Shown here piece after piece: positions 26,436 through 40,413 of a stretch of 64,000 nt of DNA. The DNA comes from Mytilus californianus (Eukaryota). Below the pieces are notes generated by a model that made no database searches, was not told where the DNA came from, and was given only the letters and a program-made list of their open reading frames with translations. Numbering within the stretch: position 1 is the first letter of the stretch; each line of letters starts with the position of its first letter. Position numbers and translations under genes: made by a program. The stretch is from assembly GCF_021869535.1 (NCBI RefSeq), contig NW_026262615.1, positions 682,001-746,000 on the forward strand, in the 5' to 3' direction.

Positions 26436-29029
26436 AAATATTTAATCATCTGATTTTTACGAAGTTTGGAAAAATCTATATGAGATAGATTTATAATCCA
26501 TTTTGCGTATAGAGATTTTACAAATTTTATAAATAAATGATTTTTGATATTTTTTTCACTCTCTCTTTATTGAATTTCTTGTCAGAATTTTAACACTCTT
26601 ATATTAACAGTTACCGATAAAAAGTCATAAAGATATATGTGCTGAGCACGAAGTTTTTGAATTACTTGCAAAATACAATCTACTCTGTGTGTATATCAAT
26701 TAATCAACGGTATATCACATGGCTGCAAAATTGCATAATGCAAGACATAAAAAAATAACATATATTGAAAGAATGTTTAATAGTAATAAGGAAAATTATT
26801 ATATTGATTGCAATAAATAACTTTGATTCCCCATTGAAATAAATCTGATCACTTCTCTGACGTCATACATTAATAAGTGTTGTCAGGACTTAGTCAATGA
26901 CGTTGCATCAACACAATTGAGAATGCGTAGTAACAAAATATACTTCCTTTCATTTTTGCTTTATCTTAATCAAACAGTCCTCAATAAAAAGAATATATAA
27001 TTCCAGGATTAAAATATCGACAATTTTTCAACTCGTGGCCGAGCAACACTGAAAACTCATGCGCCACGTGTTTCATGAATGAATGCGTTTTTCCGTCACT
27101 CGATGCATATTATTCTATTCATGAATTCTTATGAAATGTAAGATAAAGGAAAGAGAGATAGCAAAGGGGCAATCAAATATCCATTACTCCTATACAAAAA
27201 AAAACAACAAAAAAACGCATGGCCAGAAAAATAGGAACAACGTACAAGACTATCATAAACAACAAAACTCTGCACTGAATATGAAGACTGAACAAAACAT
27301 GAATATTCAATTAAATGTAGTAATAACGTGTTACCTAATTATTTTGCATTTTAACTGTAAAACCTTCCAATTAATCCGATTTTAAGCACATATTTTGGTA
27401 AGTCGTGTTACTTTATATGCAATTATCATGGTAGTAATAATTGGACTGTGGATTGTCGGTTCTTCAGTTTGTCATTTAAAAGCTAAAATTCAAGGCAGCA
27501 ATTACAACTTTATTGTTTGCTTTGATTGGACTTATAATTATCGATTTCACAATGATATCTTTTCTCTTTCTTTATATTAATTGACTTTACATTATTCCCA
27601 TTATGATTTTTTTTTCCTCAGACGAGTAGTTCGACCACTAGTAGTTTACATCTAATAATATAATATGCTTTTGTTAAGCAAATCAAAGTAAAATACAAAA
27701 ACTGCAAGAATCACATTCACTCCAAAAGAAAAAAAAGACTGGATGTATCAACAGAGTAAGCGTCTCATGCTAGGCATAAATCAAAATGAATTAACAAAGA
27801 ACACATTTAATAACGATACAATATTTCAAATATTTGATATAAATACGCAATATGTTCTTATCTGTAATTATTAAATATAAACAGTTTTAATATCTGCCTT
27901 AATCAGAGTGATCAACCGACTATTGAATGCACGGGTTGTGAAGTCATATTAGTATATTATTTCCTTGCGATCAACTACTTTTTTTTAGGGAAAAATGCAA
28001 TCAAAACATTCGATTCATCATGCATTGAGATGTCAATACATATACTATCAATTTATATCAGTATATTAAACATCTTGTTATTTTTAAACAGAGGAGCAAA
28101 CATCCTTAAGAACAAAATAAGAAACATAAACATCCTCTCAAAATAATAAAAAAAAACATCAAAAACAAATGAAAAATAAGATAAACGACAAAAAAGATTG
28201 CTCTTCGATGCACTGTAAATTGAAAATTATTTCTGAACATGCGTAGAACAAAGATTAAGCAGCAAATAAATCTAACGATGACAGCAGAATAAGTGATTAA
28301 ACCCACTCGTTTTGAAATAAATGCGTCAAATAAATTCTTAAGTGTATCGTTGAATTACAACCTTACTTAGACATCATCAGTGAAAAGAACATACGACCGA
28401 TTTTTATGTCCCATTTGGCAATACAACTCTTATAAACATAAGAACACTTATTAAATATACTATTGCTATTGCTTTTGCTATATTGTTGCATATAGACTTT
28501 ATATTCCCGTGAAAAGAAAAGACTTCATAAGTGTTTATGGTTGTATCTAATCCTAATTGTGTTTATGCAAATAAAATATGTTTAAAGTAAACACGTCAAA
28601 AAACAATTAACAACATTTTTTTCAGTTCAAAATTTTTCGAAATAAATGTCCTATGATCTCAACTAAACATAAATTGTAATGCATGTTGAATAGATAAGTT
28701 GATACTGAATGATAACATTAAATAATTATCTTTTGGTCTTAAAACAGTCATATAATATAATATAAGTAATGCAAAATATTTGTAAGAGGAGTAGTACGAA
28801 ATAGTTAATTCCGGACGACAATTATATTTGAAACCGACATTTGATTTTCCTAATTCTAAGGTGTATTTTCTTTATTCTTGCAATTTTTACAATGTTTTTT
28901 TTTTTTTGTTCAAATGTTTAAAAAACACTTGCATATTATGTTTTTTTCAATGTTTTCAAACGGCAAGAACAATGACAACTACAAATATACAAATAAAATC
29001 ATCCAAGATACAAAACTTAAGGTTGTATA

Positions 29030-29100
29030 CCTCAGAAACGCGTTTCGCGTTAATTAGACTCGTCTGTGGCACTGCAATCAAAATAGAAGGGAAGAAACCA
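29030..29100 (-). repeat. Degenerate hammerhead repeat relic (variant A)
   Basis: CAGAAACGCGTTTCG...TAGACTCGTCTGTGGCACT...ATCAAAATAG is homologous to 51608-51662. Confidence 0.5.
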
Positions 29101-29124
29101 AGGACAACATTTTGGAGCATTTAA

Positions 29125-29399
29125 GGGGGTACATAACACTACAGGGAGATAACTCTTTAAACATAAGCAGAACGTTTTAATCACGTTCTATTGTTAAGGA
29201 AATATTAAGCTTCTCAATGATCAAAATTAGTGTTTGTCAAACTGCTATATATTCAATGAAATTTTTCCGATAAAGTGTGTGATTCAAGTTTTTTTGAAAT
29301 TTTCATATTTTTGTCAAAGGGTCAAAGTAAATATTTTGTTAAAATTTTATGAAAATTAAACGAGCCAAATTAATCTTAGTCAAGGTGTTTGGTACCACC
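29125..29399. mobile_element. 275-bp MITE with TTAA target-site duplication (Kolobok-like)
   Basis: TTAA (29121-24)-GGGGGTACATAACAC ... GTGTTTGGTACCACC-TTAA (29400-03); imperfect 15-bp TIRs starting with GG. Confidence 0.8.
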
Positions 29400-30107
29400 T
29401 TAAAAATCGAATAGTTAATTAGAAATGTTTACCAAATCTGGCAAAGGAAATTCCTGTATGTATATATATGCCTGTGGGTAAAAAAAAAATAATAGTATTT
29501 TAAACATTGATTTCCATTATTCCTAGACAATACATTTACAGAAAATAATCGTGTCATACAGGTTTTCAGAAAATGTACCATACATTTCGTATGATTTGAA
29601 TCGCCGTAATAGTTTAAATAGAATGCACACAAGCCTTTAAAATTTAAAATTATATTCCATACCTTAGTTGTCCCAATGTACAATTTTAATGCCGAAAACA
29701 AATAATCACTCATAATGTATTGCTTTCCTTAAAAGCTGGTCATGTTCCATTTAAATCGTCTAATTATTCTTTGAATCAGAAACTATTTCGAAACTTCCAA
29801 CAGGTGTCTTTATATATGATTCTTCCTACACATTTAACGCACTTTTTTATGAAAACAAAACGTCGTTACCAATAAAATTTTACGTTTGTCTGCAAGGAAA
29901 ACAAATCTATAAACCTCATCTTTATAGAAAAACAGCTGTGACAAGTAAAGTTATTTGAATAACACATTCAGATTTGATAATTCTTTTCTCCAGTGACACA
30001 ATACTATAAATTGATTGCATGCGTATTCGGTATTTTTCTTTATTCTTTTTTTTTTATTTTGAAATTGTCTTTTCCATATTTTATTTGAAACGATATCAAA
30101 TAATGTG

Positions 30108-30292
30108 AAAGAGAGGCGAAAGATACCAAAAAGTATCAAAATCTTTGGTTAAAGACAAGTTAACAAATTGACAACGTCTTAAGAAAAAAATGACTATTAA
30201 ACGATACACATGAGACTACAAAACACAACATTGAAAACTGAGAGCACGAATCTCTCCAAAAATCGGAGGTGATCTCAGCTGATCCGAAGGTA
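30108..30292 (-). repeat. Penelope-like 3'-end-derived repeat
   Basis: GAGAGGCGAAAGATACCAAA...TTGACAACG...ACAAAACACAACAT.GAAAACT as at 9512-9670. Confidence 0.7.
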
Positions 30293-30321
30293 ACAAAAAA
30301 ATGAAAACACTTTCTATATTT

Positions 30322-30624
30322 CATGCGTCCGATGCTCTTTTCTGGATTTACCTCCACCAGGAACGCTCAAAACCGAATATTTGAAAGCCAATGATGAATA
30401 ATAAAGACCAAAACAATTGAAGAGATATATAACCAAAAAGACCTAAACAAATAGCCAAATCAATTTAAGGTCAACTTTGCCTGAGGAAGTTGAAAGCTTA
30501 GATTCTTTATAATTTATAAATTTATAAACAGACAATTTTAAAAAGATTTGTTATTAATCATGTCAGTACCGAAGTAATTACTACTGAGCTGGTGATACCC
30601 TCGGAGACTGATAGTCCAACAGCA
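30322..30624 (-). repeat. Retrozyme monomer with variant-B hammerhead (core mutated)
   Basis: Minus strand GAGCGTTC-CTGGTGG-AGG-TAAAT-CCA-GAAA-AGAGCA-TC-GGACGC. The body is collinear with the 51650-51900 unit, including the GCTGGTGATACCCTCGG block. Confidence 0.65.
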
Positions 30625-31169
30625 TAAATGTAAATTAATGATGTACATTTTCATCTCGTTTTCAGTTGCATCTTTAATTTTTGATCTACAGATCGATTAA
30701 TATGTTTAAATGTCATTGTCATATTGAAATTGGATTTTTAAATCCTGCAATCCAATTTGCCCTATAGAGTAATGATAGAATTTTATTAATGCTGGATGAT
30801 ATTTATGGAATCTGTTTTATGTTTAGTTTTGTATTAAGTAATTAGCCAAGTGACGGATTATATCCACATGTGCAGATTTAATCCTGTATTGGTATGATTA
30901 TCAGAACATGTATGTGACTAACTTTTATGCTGCATATACAAAAAACTCATCAAAGATACTATGTTTATATATTGGTATGCCAGTCGAGTTTTTTTGTTAA
31001 TATAAGACTCGTCAGAGGCCCCCGAAGAAAAAAATGTTGGAAACTGTAACAACAAACACTTGCTATGGGTTATCAATACTATAGATTGTGTTGCCATTCT
31101 ATTTCGATATAAAACATATTTCTAAATATGTATCATAAACTTATTCTCAATACATCAATAGTGACCTTC

Positions 31170-31505
31170 AATTACATGTGAGAGGTGGAGGCCCGCTAAC
31201 ATGTTTAACCCAGCAACATTCTGTATGTGCCTCTCCAAATTCAGGAGTCAGTAATTTAGTGGTTGACGTTTGTTGTTGTATTTCGGTGTGTTTGGTTCAT
31301 TGATTTTTACATAAATGAGGCCGTTAGTTTTCTCGTTTGAATTATTTTACATTTGTCATTTCGAGGCCTTTTATAACTTACTATGATGTAAGGGTTTTGC
31401 ACATTGTTGTAGGCCGTACAGTGACCTATAGGTGTTAACTTCTAAGATATTTGGTCTCTGGTGGAGAGTTGTCTCATTGGCAATTATACCACATCTTCTT
31501 TTTTA
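31170..31505. repeat. Interspersed repeat family Y
   Basis: CCCGCTAACATGTTTAACCC...GGCCGTTAGTTTTCTCGTTTGAATT...GGCCGTAC.GTGACCTATAG...GGAGAGTTGTCTCATTGGCAAT.ATACCACATCTTC; similar copy at 36395-36842. Confidence 0.8.
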
Positions 31506-31666
31506 AATGACAAAGAGATTGCTTACTACCCTTTCATTATTAATTGATCCTTTTTGAATCTGGTTTACTTTACTTAGAGTTTCTTCCTCAGTTAGGTTGC
31601 TATACAATTAAACAAATCCTTGTCTGAATTCAGTCAACGCGCTATTTATTTCTTGCTATTGAAACA

Positions 31667-31918
31667 TTTTTATTGAAAGTATACATCATAGTATATCTAT
31701 CTATAAATTATATACTCTGCGTTAGACGGCAGGTTACTGTAATGCTTTATTGAAGGAATACATCATCATTTATCTACATCATAATTTATCTATCTATCAA
31801 ATCATATACTAGGCGTTGGACAGCAGGTTACTGTAATGCTTTATTGAAGGAATACATCATAGTTTATCTACCTATCAAATCATATACATTTCGTTGGACG
31901 ACAGGTTACTGTAATGCT
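31667..31918. repeat. Tandem repeat, about 3 units of 78-94 bp
   Basis: CAGGTTACTGTAATGC at 31730, 31824 and 31902; TTTATTGAAGGAATACATCAT is also repeated. Confidence 0.85.
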
Positions 31919-33307
31919 GTATAATTACAATTTTTAAACACAGGACACAAATAAAATGTATGATTAGTTATTGGAAAAATGCTCCATATAAATAACGGTA
32001 TCGTAAAATCAAAATTTGAGTTTTTTAAAATTTCCGAAACACATCAAGTCGCAATTTTCAAGAAAAGGATTTACGGTAAATATGTAATGCTTGATTTCAG
32101 ATAAAACCATCGTTGATACGGTATGAAATATTTTAATATTGATTGTCATTTTTTTTTTTTTTTTTTTTTCTTCGTTTTTATTGAAGGTTTATATGTCCCC
32201 TGTGTTATTCCGTCGATCGACATTTTAAGGAAGGCGGTATGGATCTGAAGAAGCTAACTTTACTGAATTATATATGACTGTCATACAAAAGAGAGGTTTA
32301 GCTAGCTATTACACCAGGTTTTATCCACAATGTACTACATAAGGAAATGTCTGTACCAAGCCAGGAATATGACAGTTGTTCTTCATTCGTTTGATGTGTT
32401 TCGGGTTTTGATTTTGCCATTTGTAAAGGGACTCTCCGTTTTCCTTGGAGTTCGGTATTTTTGATATTTTGCTTTTTAACCATTTTCTTATTTGTGTATA
32501 TATCATAGGTCAGGAATTATGCCTTTGTTATGTGATGAATTAAGTATTAATGGTAAAATTTCAAAGTCCTATGTTGAATCATTTTTCAGCTGTCATTGAA
32601 TCATACAGATTTCGAACAAGATACTTAGTATATCGTAAAGACACCTGCCTACTGATTGATTTATAGATATTTGTTGGTAATTTGTTTGGTTTAGTTTTGT
32701 TTTATTTATTATATTCTATTATGAATAATAATGACTTATAAAGAAATATGAATTTATAAAGGCAAAGAAAGGTTAAATAGCCCACTAATCATGTTTATAA
32801 ATGGTACATATCATGTAAACACGTAATCAATCATCGTAAGAGCATACGTGATTCCTAGCACAGCAGTTTTCAATTAGTCAAGATCAAGGCGAAGATAAAC
32901 ATTAATATCTAAAAAAAACCATTGAAAATGTATTTCAGTGGAAGGATTAAGAATATACATATCAGCATCATACGGTGTATGACAAGCATATAGATTTCAC
33001 TGCAATACTCTTCAAATAACAATTTGTAATATGAATTTTTGCTAGAGTTATATGAAGCATTGATATTTCGATGCATCAGTGAATATGAAAGCACTTACTT
33101 AGTTTGATAAGGTAAGGTTACTATGTAAAATACACCACAAAACCTAAAATATGAAAGGAAATGGTTCATTATTTAATAGCAAAATAAACTCTCCATGAAC
33201 CCGTGCTCCTTTTTATACAATCTTAACAATATGTGCATTATATAATTTTATAATTGAATGATATTGTAGAATTTGTGTGCATTTATTTAATCAAAACTAT
33301 CATTTTA

Positions 33308-33630
33308 ATGTAATGTTGTCATTTTAGCGGTATATTTAACATTGCCATAAAGCGCGGAGGTTTGGCTAGCCACAAAACCAGGTTCAACCCACCATTTTTT
33401 CTTAAAATGTCATGTACCAATCAGGAATATTGCAGTTGTCATCTAAAAGTTCGTTTCTATGAATGTTGCACCGTTGTTTGTTTTTTGTTGCACTTCTGTG
33501 TTCTGTTATTTCGTTGTTTTCCTCTTATAATTGATGTGTTTCCCTCGGTTTTAGTTTGTAACCCGGATTTGTTTTTTCTCAATCGATTTATGACTTTTGA
33601 ACAGCGGTATACTACTGTTGCCTTTATTTA
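33308..33630. repeat. Interspersed repeat family X
   Basis: Near-collinear with 14050-14385 and 63033-63360. Confidence 0.85.
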
Positions 33631-35169
33631 CCCGAGTGGAAGAGTGATAATGTTTTGACATTGTGCGATAGCAGGGACATCACAAATGTAAAACAATTAA
33701 AATTTTAAAAAAACAACGGCCTGAATTGTGACAAAATATCAAATGAAAGGCAAATTTAACAAACAGCAAATATTGACAGCCAAGGAATTAAAGCCTCCGT
33801 ATTGGGACAGGTACATATGATATGTGGCGGGATCGATATGATTGTGATCGCCCAATCCTGCCCTAGCCTTGGACTGTGGTGTAACTGTTCCACATAAGAA
33901 CAAATTGTCTGTTTGAAATGGCTTGACTCATTAGATTGGCATGAAGCAGAAAAAAAAAAACATAACATAAAAAAAATACACATTGTAACAATCTATCAAT
34001 CTCGCAGTTACTGAGAGCTAGTTCAAAGCCCAGAACAACAAATGATTAAATCATATTTCAATTCTACGGAATATGATGATTTCCATGTTATACAATTGAT
34101 TAAAATTGTGGGTTGCCGATCTGATTTTATTAATCATTTTAATTTTTTTTCTTATCTTTGACCATTTTTTGGGAGGTGGGGGGAGCATGCGTGATATACA
34201 CATCATTGTTTTCTAACTTTTGCTTGCTATACACTTTTCCTTTTTATAATAATACATGTAAGAGTGGTAAATAAGCCTAGATGAACCGCTCGACATCAAT
34301 TCTGCATTGTATCTTCATACATATGCTTTTTGGTAAAAACAACTTGTACTCTACCTGGGAAAAAAATTATACTTAGCTACAATTTTAAAGTCAAATTAAC
34401 CATGTCTTAAATAAATGCTGATAGAGCTATATGGATCGTTCATATCTTATTTGATGATAGAAATATATTATATATAATATATTGATTTCAATTTTTTCTA
34501 AAGCACAAGACTTTTTTTCACGTAAGATGTTCTTAGTTTCTTTTATTAATGACGAAGTAATTTGTATTATTATATGTAATTGATTGATTTATCTAATCGA
34601 TAAAGCAAACAGAATTCAATTTTGAAAATCACCATACTTTTGAAAGCATAATGTCACATATCAAATGTTATGAGAAAAAAAGCACCTGTTACCCATCGGC
34701 GTGTAGAAAAAAAACACAATATACTGTTGGTTGTCTCGTCAAACATATATCTGTAATAAGGTAGCATTAGGTTGTTTGTCCTTTGAAATTGCGCATTTTA
34801 AATAGATTTTATCGTATATCTGTCTAGCATATTGAGTAGATTCTTGATGACTTGAATGTAAAGAAAGAAAAATGTTAATGTTTTAATCAAAGAATTCGTA
34901 TCTTCATGGACAAGTGAATATATATAAAGATTAATAAAATATAGATTTGAACTGCAGATTTTCCGATGCTTACGTCAAACTATATTGCTCTCATCAACTA
35001 AAAAGTCAAAAATTTCCAAATGGAAACTCGAAAAACAGTTTTAAAATAAAGGAAAATTAGAGGTGAACAATGGCATTAAAAAGTAAAGTTATTCAGTTAG
35101 GGATTTCGTTACCACAAATTACCTTAAGTCGTTACAAAATTCTCTCATAGATATAAAGATTTGGTTTTG

Positions 35170-35560
35170 AAGTTTGGTTTGGATGTTGGATGTTTTCTGA
35201 TTGATATTTTAGTCTTAGATTCATGATTTTTCTATTACTTGCTATTGGCTTTGAACTTGCTGTCAGTTACTGCGAGTACTCTCAGATATGTACTGAGTGT
35301 CTTTTTGTTGTGGGGATGTATCAGTATGCCACTCTGTGTTTTTGGTACCTGTTTTGTCCCTTATATCGATCTGATAAGTAAAGCCCTTTTCAAGTGATTT
35401 TTATAGTTTGTTCATATATTGTACTGTTACACAATTGTCCCAGGTTAGGTGGAGGGTTGGGCGCCCGTTAACATTTTGAACCCCCTCCTGTATGTGCCTG
35501 TCAAAAGCCTGTTATTCCGAGGTTGTCGATTGTAGTTGTGAATCATATTTTTAGATCCTT
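35170..35560. repeat. Interspersed repeat family Y
   Basis: TATTGGCTTTGAAC..GCTGTCAGT.ACTGCGAGTACTCTCA...GGGATGTA...TGTACTGTTACAC..TGTCCCAGGTTAG; collinear copy at 38720-39110. Confidence 0.8.
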
Positions 35561-35589
35561 TTGGTTAAATGACTCGTCAACTGTTTCGG

Positions 35590-35700
35590 TTCTTATATAT
35601 CCTCGGCTTTCAAATATTCGGCTTTGATCGTTCACGATAATGGCAAATCCAGAGAAGCGCTTCGGAAGCATGAAATTAGTAACGTGTTGTTTTCATTTTT
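35590..35700 (+). repeat. Variant-B hammerhead repeat relic
   Basis: GGCTTTCAAATATTCGG..GATCGTTC-ACGATAA-TGG-CAAAT-CCA-GAGA-AGCGCT-TC-GGAAGCATGAAAT, the reverse complement of the 30318-30388 region. Confidence 0.65.
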
Positions 35701-35797
35701 TGCTGAACTTTTTCCGTAGAAATTCAGCAACTAATTACAGGGATACTTGGACTAACGCTGTAATCCGAGTAAAATATTAAAACAGAACTGAGGTTGA

Positions 35798-35817
35798 GGG
35801 GGGGGGGGGGGGGGGGG
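35798..35817 (+). repeat. G20 homopolymer
   Basis: 20 consecutive G in AT-rich DNA. Confidence 0.95.
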
Positions 35818-37939
35818 TACCAAATGGCAATGCAAATTTGACTCGTTACAATAAGTTCCTGTTAGTTTAAGGATACTTCTTATTTTTCTGAAACGTGAAC
35901 GTTTTTACCTTTAGATATCTTTATTTGTCCTTTTTTAATATTCCGAGAACAGGAGAAGAGGAGCTAGTTTTTATTTAATAATGATGTTGTAAGTCTGTTT
36001 TTTTGTATTATCCTTGTATTAATTATCTGTTATCATTTTGTTAAATGTTGCGACACGTGGCCTGATTTTTTTGTTAGAAATATGCTTCATAAGAGATGTA
36101 TATTCATGATAGGATTAACTTTGTTTTGATAACTTATTGAACGTTTTAGCATATACATTGTTTTTAAAAAAAAAATGTTCACAACCGTTTCATATGTATT
36201 GCTTTTCAAACTTTTCATCTTTGACTAATTGCAATAACGTTAAACGAGAGAGGCAACAGATATCAAAGGGACATTCAAACTGATAAGTTGTAATATAAAA
36301 TGACAACACCATGGCTAGAAAAGAAAAAGACAAACAGGTTATATCTGGTCTATATACCAGCTTTGATAAGTGTTTGTTATTACTATTTATTTGTTTAGTG
36401 TATGTTCACTGGTGTAAATATGTCTTTTGATTGAGTTATGCCACTTCATTTGATATTTTATAGTGTGTCTTTGTATGTTGTGATGTTACACTATTGTTTC
36501 AGATAAGGGTGACGGTTTGGTACCATTAAAACGTTTCAACCCGCTGCAATTGTTTGCACCTGTCCTAAGTCAGGAATCTGATGTTCAGTAGTTGTCGTTT
36601 GTTGTTGTGGTTCATAAGTTTTTTACGTTTCTCGTTTTTTATATAGATTAGACCGTTGGTTTTTCCCGTTTGAATGGTTTTACACTAGTAATTTTTGGGG
36701 CCCTTTATAGCTTGCTGTTCGGTGTGAGCCAAGGCTCCGTGTTGAAGACCGTACTTTGACCTTTATTGGTTTACCTTTATAAATTTTGACTTGGACGGAG
36801 AGTTGTTTCATTGGCACTCATACCACATCTTCCTATATCTATAAACAACAGTACAGTTAACACTACAAAAAAGCAATGAATCACGTGGTCATGTTCGCTG
36901 CCTAGGACTGTTAGCATTCAAACTTACCATCATTTCAGGTGTATTTTTTTATAAATTTATGATTAAAAATATACATTTAGACAGTAAATAACTAAAGCAA
37001 TAAAACCGAATTCTAATAAGGTAAATTCAAAAAAAGGTAAGGTCCGTAAAATCGGACAATCAGACGGTAGGCTTTCTTAACAAACGGAACAAATTGAAAA
37101 CAGATTTTCTCTTTAAATATCATATAATTATGTTTTTTTTTCATAAATGGTCACATCTTTCTCAGGGATAACTTATCTTAGATAAATATGGTTGTTGTAT
37201 TATATTTCATCATTTTTAATTTTCCCAAATGTTTGGTTCGAACATACTTGATTAATGAGATTATATATTACATGTCGTGCTTACGAACATCATTGTTAAT
37301 AGTTTCTTTAATTGTACTTAATACTATATATGTGGTAGTGCATCCTGATGATATTTCTGTAAAATGTATTTACATCTACAATGTATATCAATAGATTTTA
37401 TGGAATAAAAACACCTGCATGCACACTTGATTAACATCACGATTTTCTTTAATATACTATATTTACGGAATATATTCTAAAAGAATTAGAATTCAGGGTA
37501 AAAATTATGTTTTTTATAATTATTTGGTATTTAAGAATTTTGTCAATATCATACTGATATATACTAATTTGTATTGTTCAGATCAATAGGAACTGACAAA
37601 ACGAATGTGGATTTTATCCTTTCATTTAAAAAGAAAGAAAATGTGGTATGATAACAAGTGACAAAATTGTGTAGGTCCAAGAAATTTGAGATAACCATAT
37701 GGCCTTTAGAAATGACAATGGACAAATTATATGCAGTAAAGTAAGCTTATAAAAGGCTTCGACGTGATAAACTGTAAAATGAAATAAAACGAGAAAACTA
37801 AAGACTGATATATACACAGTAAAACAAACGAAAACAAAGTATGATAGACAGCAACCAATGATAACCACTGAATATCAGGTTACTTACTAAGGACAAGCAT
37901 ATACATTATGCGGCTGGGTAATATATGTATGCAAGCTCT

Positions 37940-38115
37940 CAATCTTCCCCTTCACTAGGACAGTGGTGTAACAACCTGAGAACAAACAGTCATCGTAACC
38001 CTCACCTTCCCTTAGACAGTGGTGGAACAGCACAACCTGGGAACAAACAGTTATCTCAACCCTCCCCTTCCCTTGGACAGTGGTGTAACAGCACAACATG
38101 AGAACAAACAGTCAT
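37940..38115. repeat. Local triplication (56-61 bp units) inside a family Y copy
   Basis: GACAGTGGTG at 37959, 38015 and 38076, each followed by GAACAAACAGT. Confidence 0.85.
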
Positions 38116-39649
38116 CCAATCTTATCGAAACACACAAAACAAATAACAAAAAGCCTAAAAAGACAAAGTACCGACCTAAGAGTACTTGCATTGACTGAAA
38201 ACCTAAGTTTAGCTAATAAATTAATAGTGTTTCCTAGACAAACAATGTCTCAATATATTCTTTTTAATGTGTCTCATTGTTCACGATATTTGTGGGAGAA
38301 TGTAAAATAAACAAAAATGGTAAAATTAATGTTAAAGTCATGTAACGTATTACTATTATTGATGTACCTGCACTTACTGTGGAGTTTCATCGCAGATAGT
38401 TTTCCTTGACTGTTCTAAATTGATGTGCGCGGATCTATTATGAGTTGAAACAACACCTGCTGGATAGTTTCTAAATACATGCAGACTTTCAGACATTATC
38501 ATGCCTGTAAACGATTTAGACTGTATCCTTCATATATTATATTTCTTGAACATGATACTAAAACATGCAAGGTATATACCAGATGTTGAAGATACCATAG
38601 AGAGAAACAAAACTCATAAGAAACGAAAAATATAACGGAAAAAATAGACAAACTACAGTCTAAAAAACACTGTATAAAATAAAGACTGTTTCTTTTAAAG
38701 TTGTCTTTACACTAAATACATTGAATGTGGGATGTGTACTGATTGTTATTTCATTCTTAGATACATAATGTTGTTATCAGTTGTTATTGGCTTTGAACTA
38801 GCTGTAAGTAGCTGTAAGTACTCTCAAATCTGTACTGTGTGTCCTTTGTTTTGTTGTGGGGATGTACAAATACCCTGCCACGTCCTGTCTGGGTTTTTGG
38901 TTTGGTATTTTTCTGCTCTGGACCGATCTGATGAGTTAAGCCTTTTCAACTGATTTTATAGTTTGTTCTTATGTTGTACTGTTACACCACTGTCCGAGTT
39001 TAGGTGGAAGTTTGTTACCTTCAAATATGTTTAGCCCCGCCACATTTTTTATGTGCCTGTCCGAAGTCAGGAGCCTGTTATTCATTATGGATGTGGTTGG
39101 TTTATTTCTCTTATATCTGTTTCGTCTCAATTGATTTGTTTTACATGTTTCAATGTCGGACGCTTTTATAACCGACTATACGGTATTTGGTATGCTTCAT
39201 GTTGAAGGCCGTACGATTGCCTATAATTTGCTAACATCGACTTCATTTGAAATTAAGTTGATAGACGTCTCATTGGCATTTTTGTCAACATATATCGCTT
39301 TTTTAAAACACGAGAGGAATTTTCTGTTCCTAACAATTATTTCATTTTCGATACTGTTCAGTTATAGAGTGACTATAGGTGGGTACTTTTATCAACACAA
39401 GACAGGAACTTTACAACTTCATGTAGTTCGTTACCTCTGGTGGTTGACTGTAAGTATCACCAGCAAATTAGCCAGTACGCACAGACCATAAATTGTCAAA
39501 TCATTTCCGAATTTTTATTTTAACTGGAGGAGTTTTATCGTGACAGAACTGTCACAAATAAAGGAACATCATAAAATGAAATAACATCAAAACCATCGTT
39601 AAATGATACTAGTATTAGTAAGACACGAATAATATCATTACTTATAGAA

Positions 39650-40330
39650 TAAACATAATGGTGTTGATCAGTCTTTGAGTCTCTTCTCTTTTGTAATACT
39701 AACATCTTCTTGCAAATTCATAATTTGAAACAGAACTAAACTGTTTCATTATGTGTTTGTTGTCTTAATTAATAAATATATTGTAGTACATTACTAGGGA
39801 GTTGAACAGTATCGTGTCTTCTTTGACTTTGCATGACGTCGGTACAATCTCCAATGATTTGTGTATACTATCAGTGTCTGCGAAGATCTTATATATGATA
39901 TTAATTAGCACTGTCTTTCTAGTATCCGTGTTGTGGGTGTAAATATTTTTTCTAAACTAGTTTCTATCGCACCTTGTGCTTTGTTTCTATTTGTATCAAT
40001 CGAATTGAGAATACATTTTGGATTTGTTAAGCTAGTCTATACCCGCCAACTATAAATGTTCCTTTCTGAACTCAGGAAAGTGAGGAAGTGATATTTGAAT
40101 AAAGAAGGTACATTGTATTTCTATTCGGTTGATAATTTTTATATGGAATTTGATGTTTACAGACGAGTTTTCATAGTTTATCCAAATGTTAAGGAGTCAC
40201 CGCTTGGAACACACTATGCATACCATATCTTGACTTCCAGTTATCTCTAATTTTTGCAATTTACAAAATGGACTGTCTGACCATGATCATTTATTGTGAT
40301 ATCAAATATGGTGACCGATATTCATACTGT
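39650..40330 (-). mobile_element. Old 3' fragment of an L2/CR1-group LINE
   Basis: Minus-strand remnants DITINDH, INRIEIQCTFFIQISLP..EHL*LAGID*L resemble the LE.IQ.RA..II.P..SY..AL segment of RT C-termini. Many stops. Confidence 0.4.
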
Positions 40331-40413
40331 TTTTTCCTTACATTTTCAACTTTTATAAAAATATTTTAACCAGGAAAATTCACATCTGTAATTTACAATT
40401 TGATGGTTTATAT

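Noticed and set aside
38925-38955. CTGATGAG in family Y (also near 21395 and 35370) as another hammerhead
   Set aside because: No stem II followed by GAAA, and no stem III or UH site.
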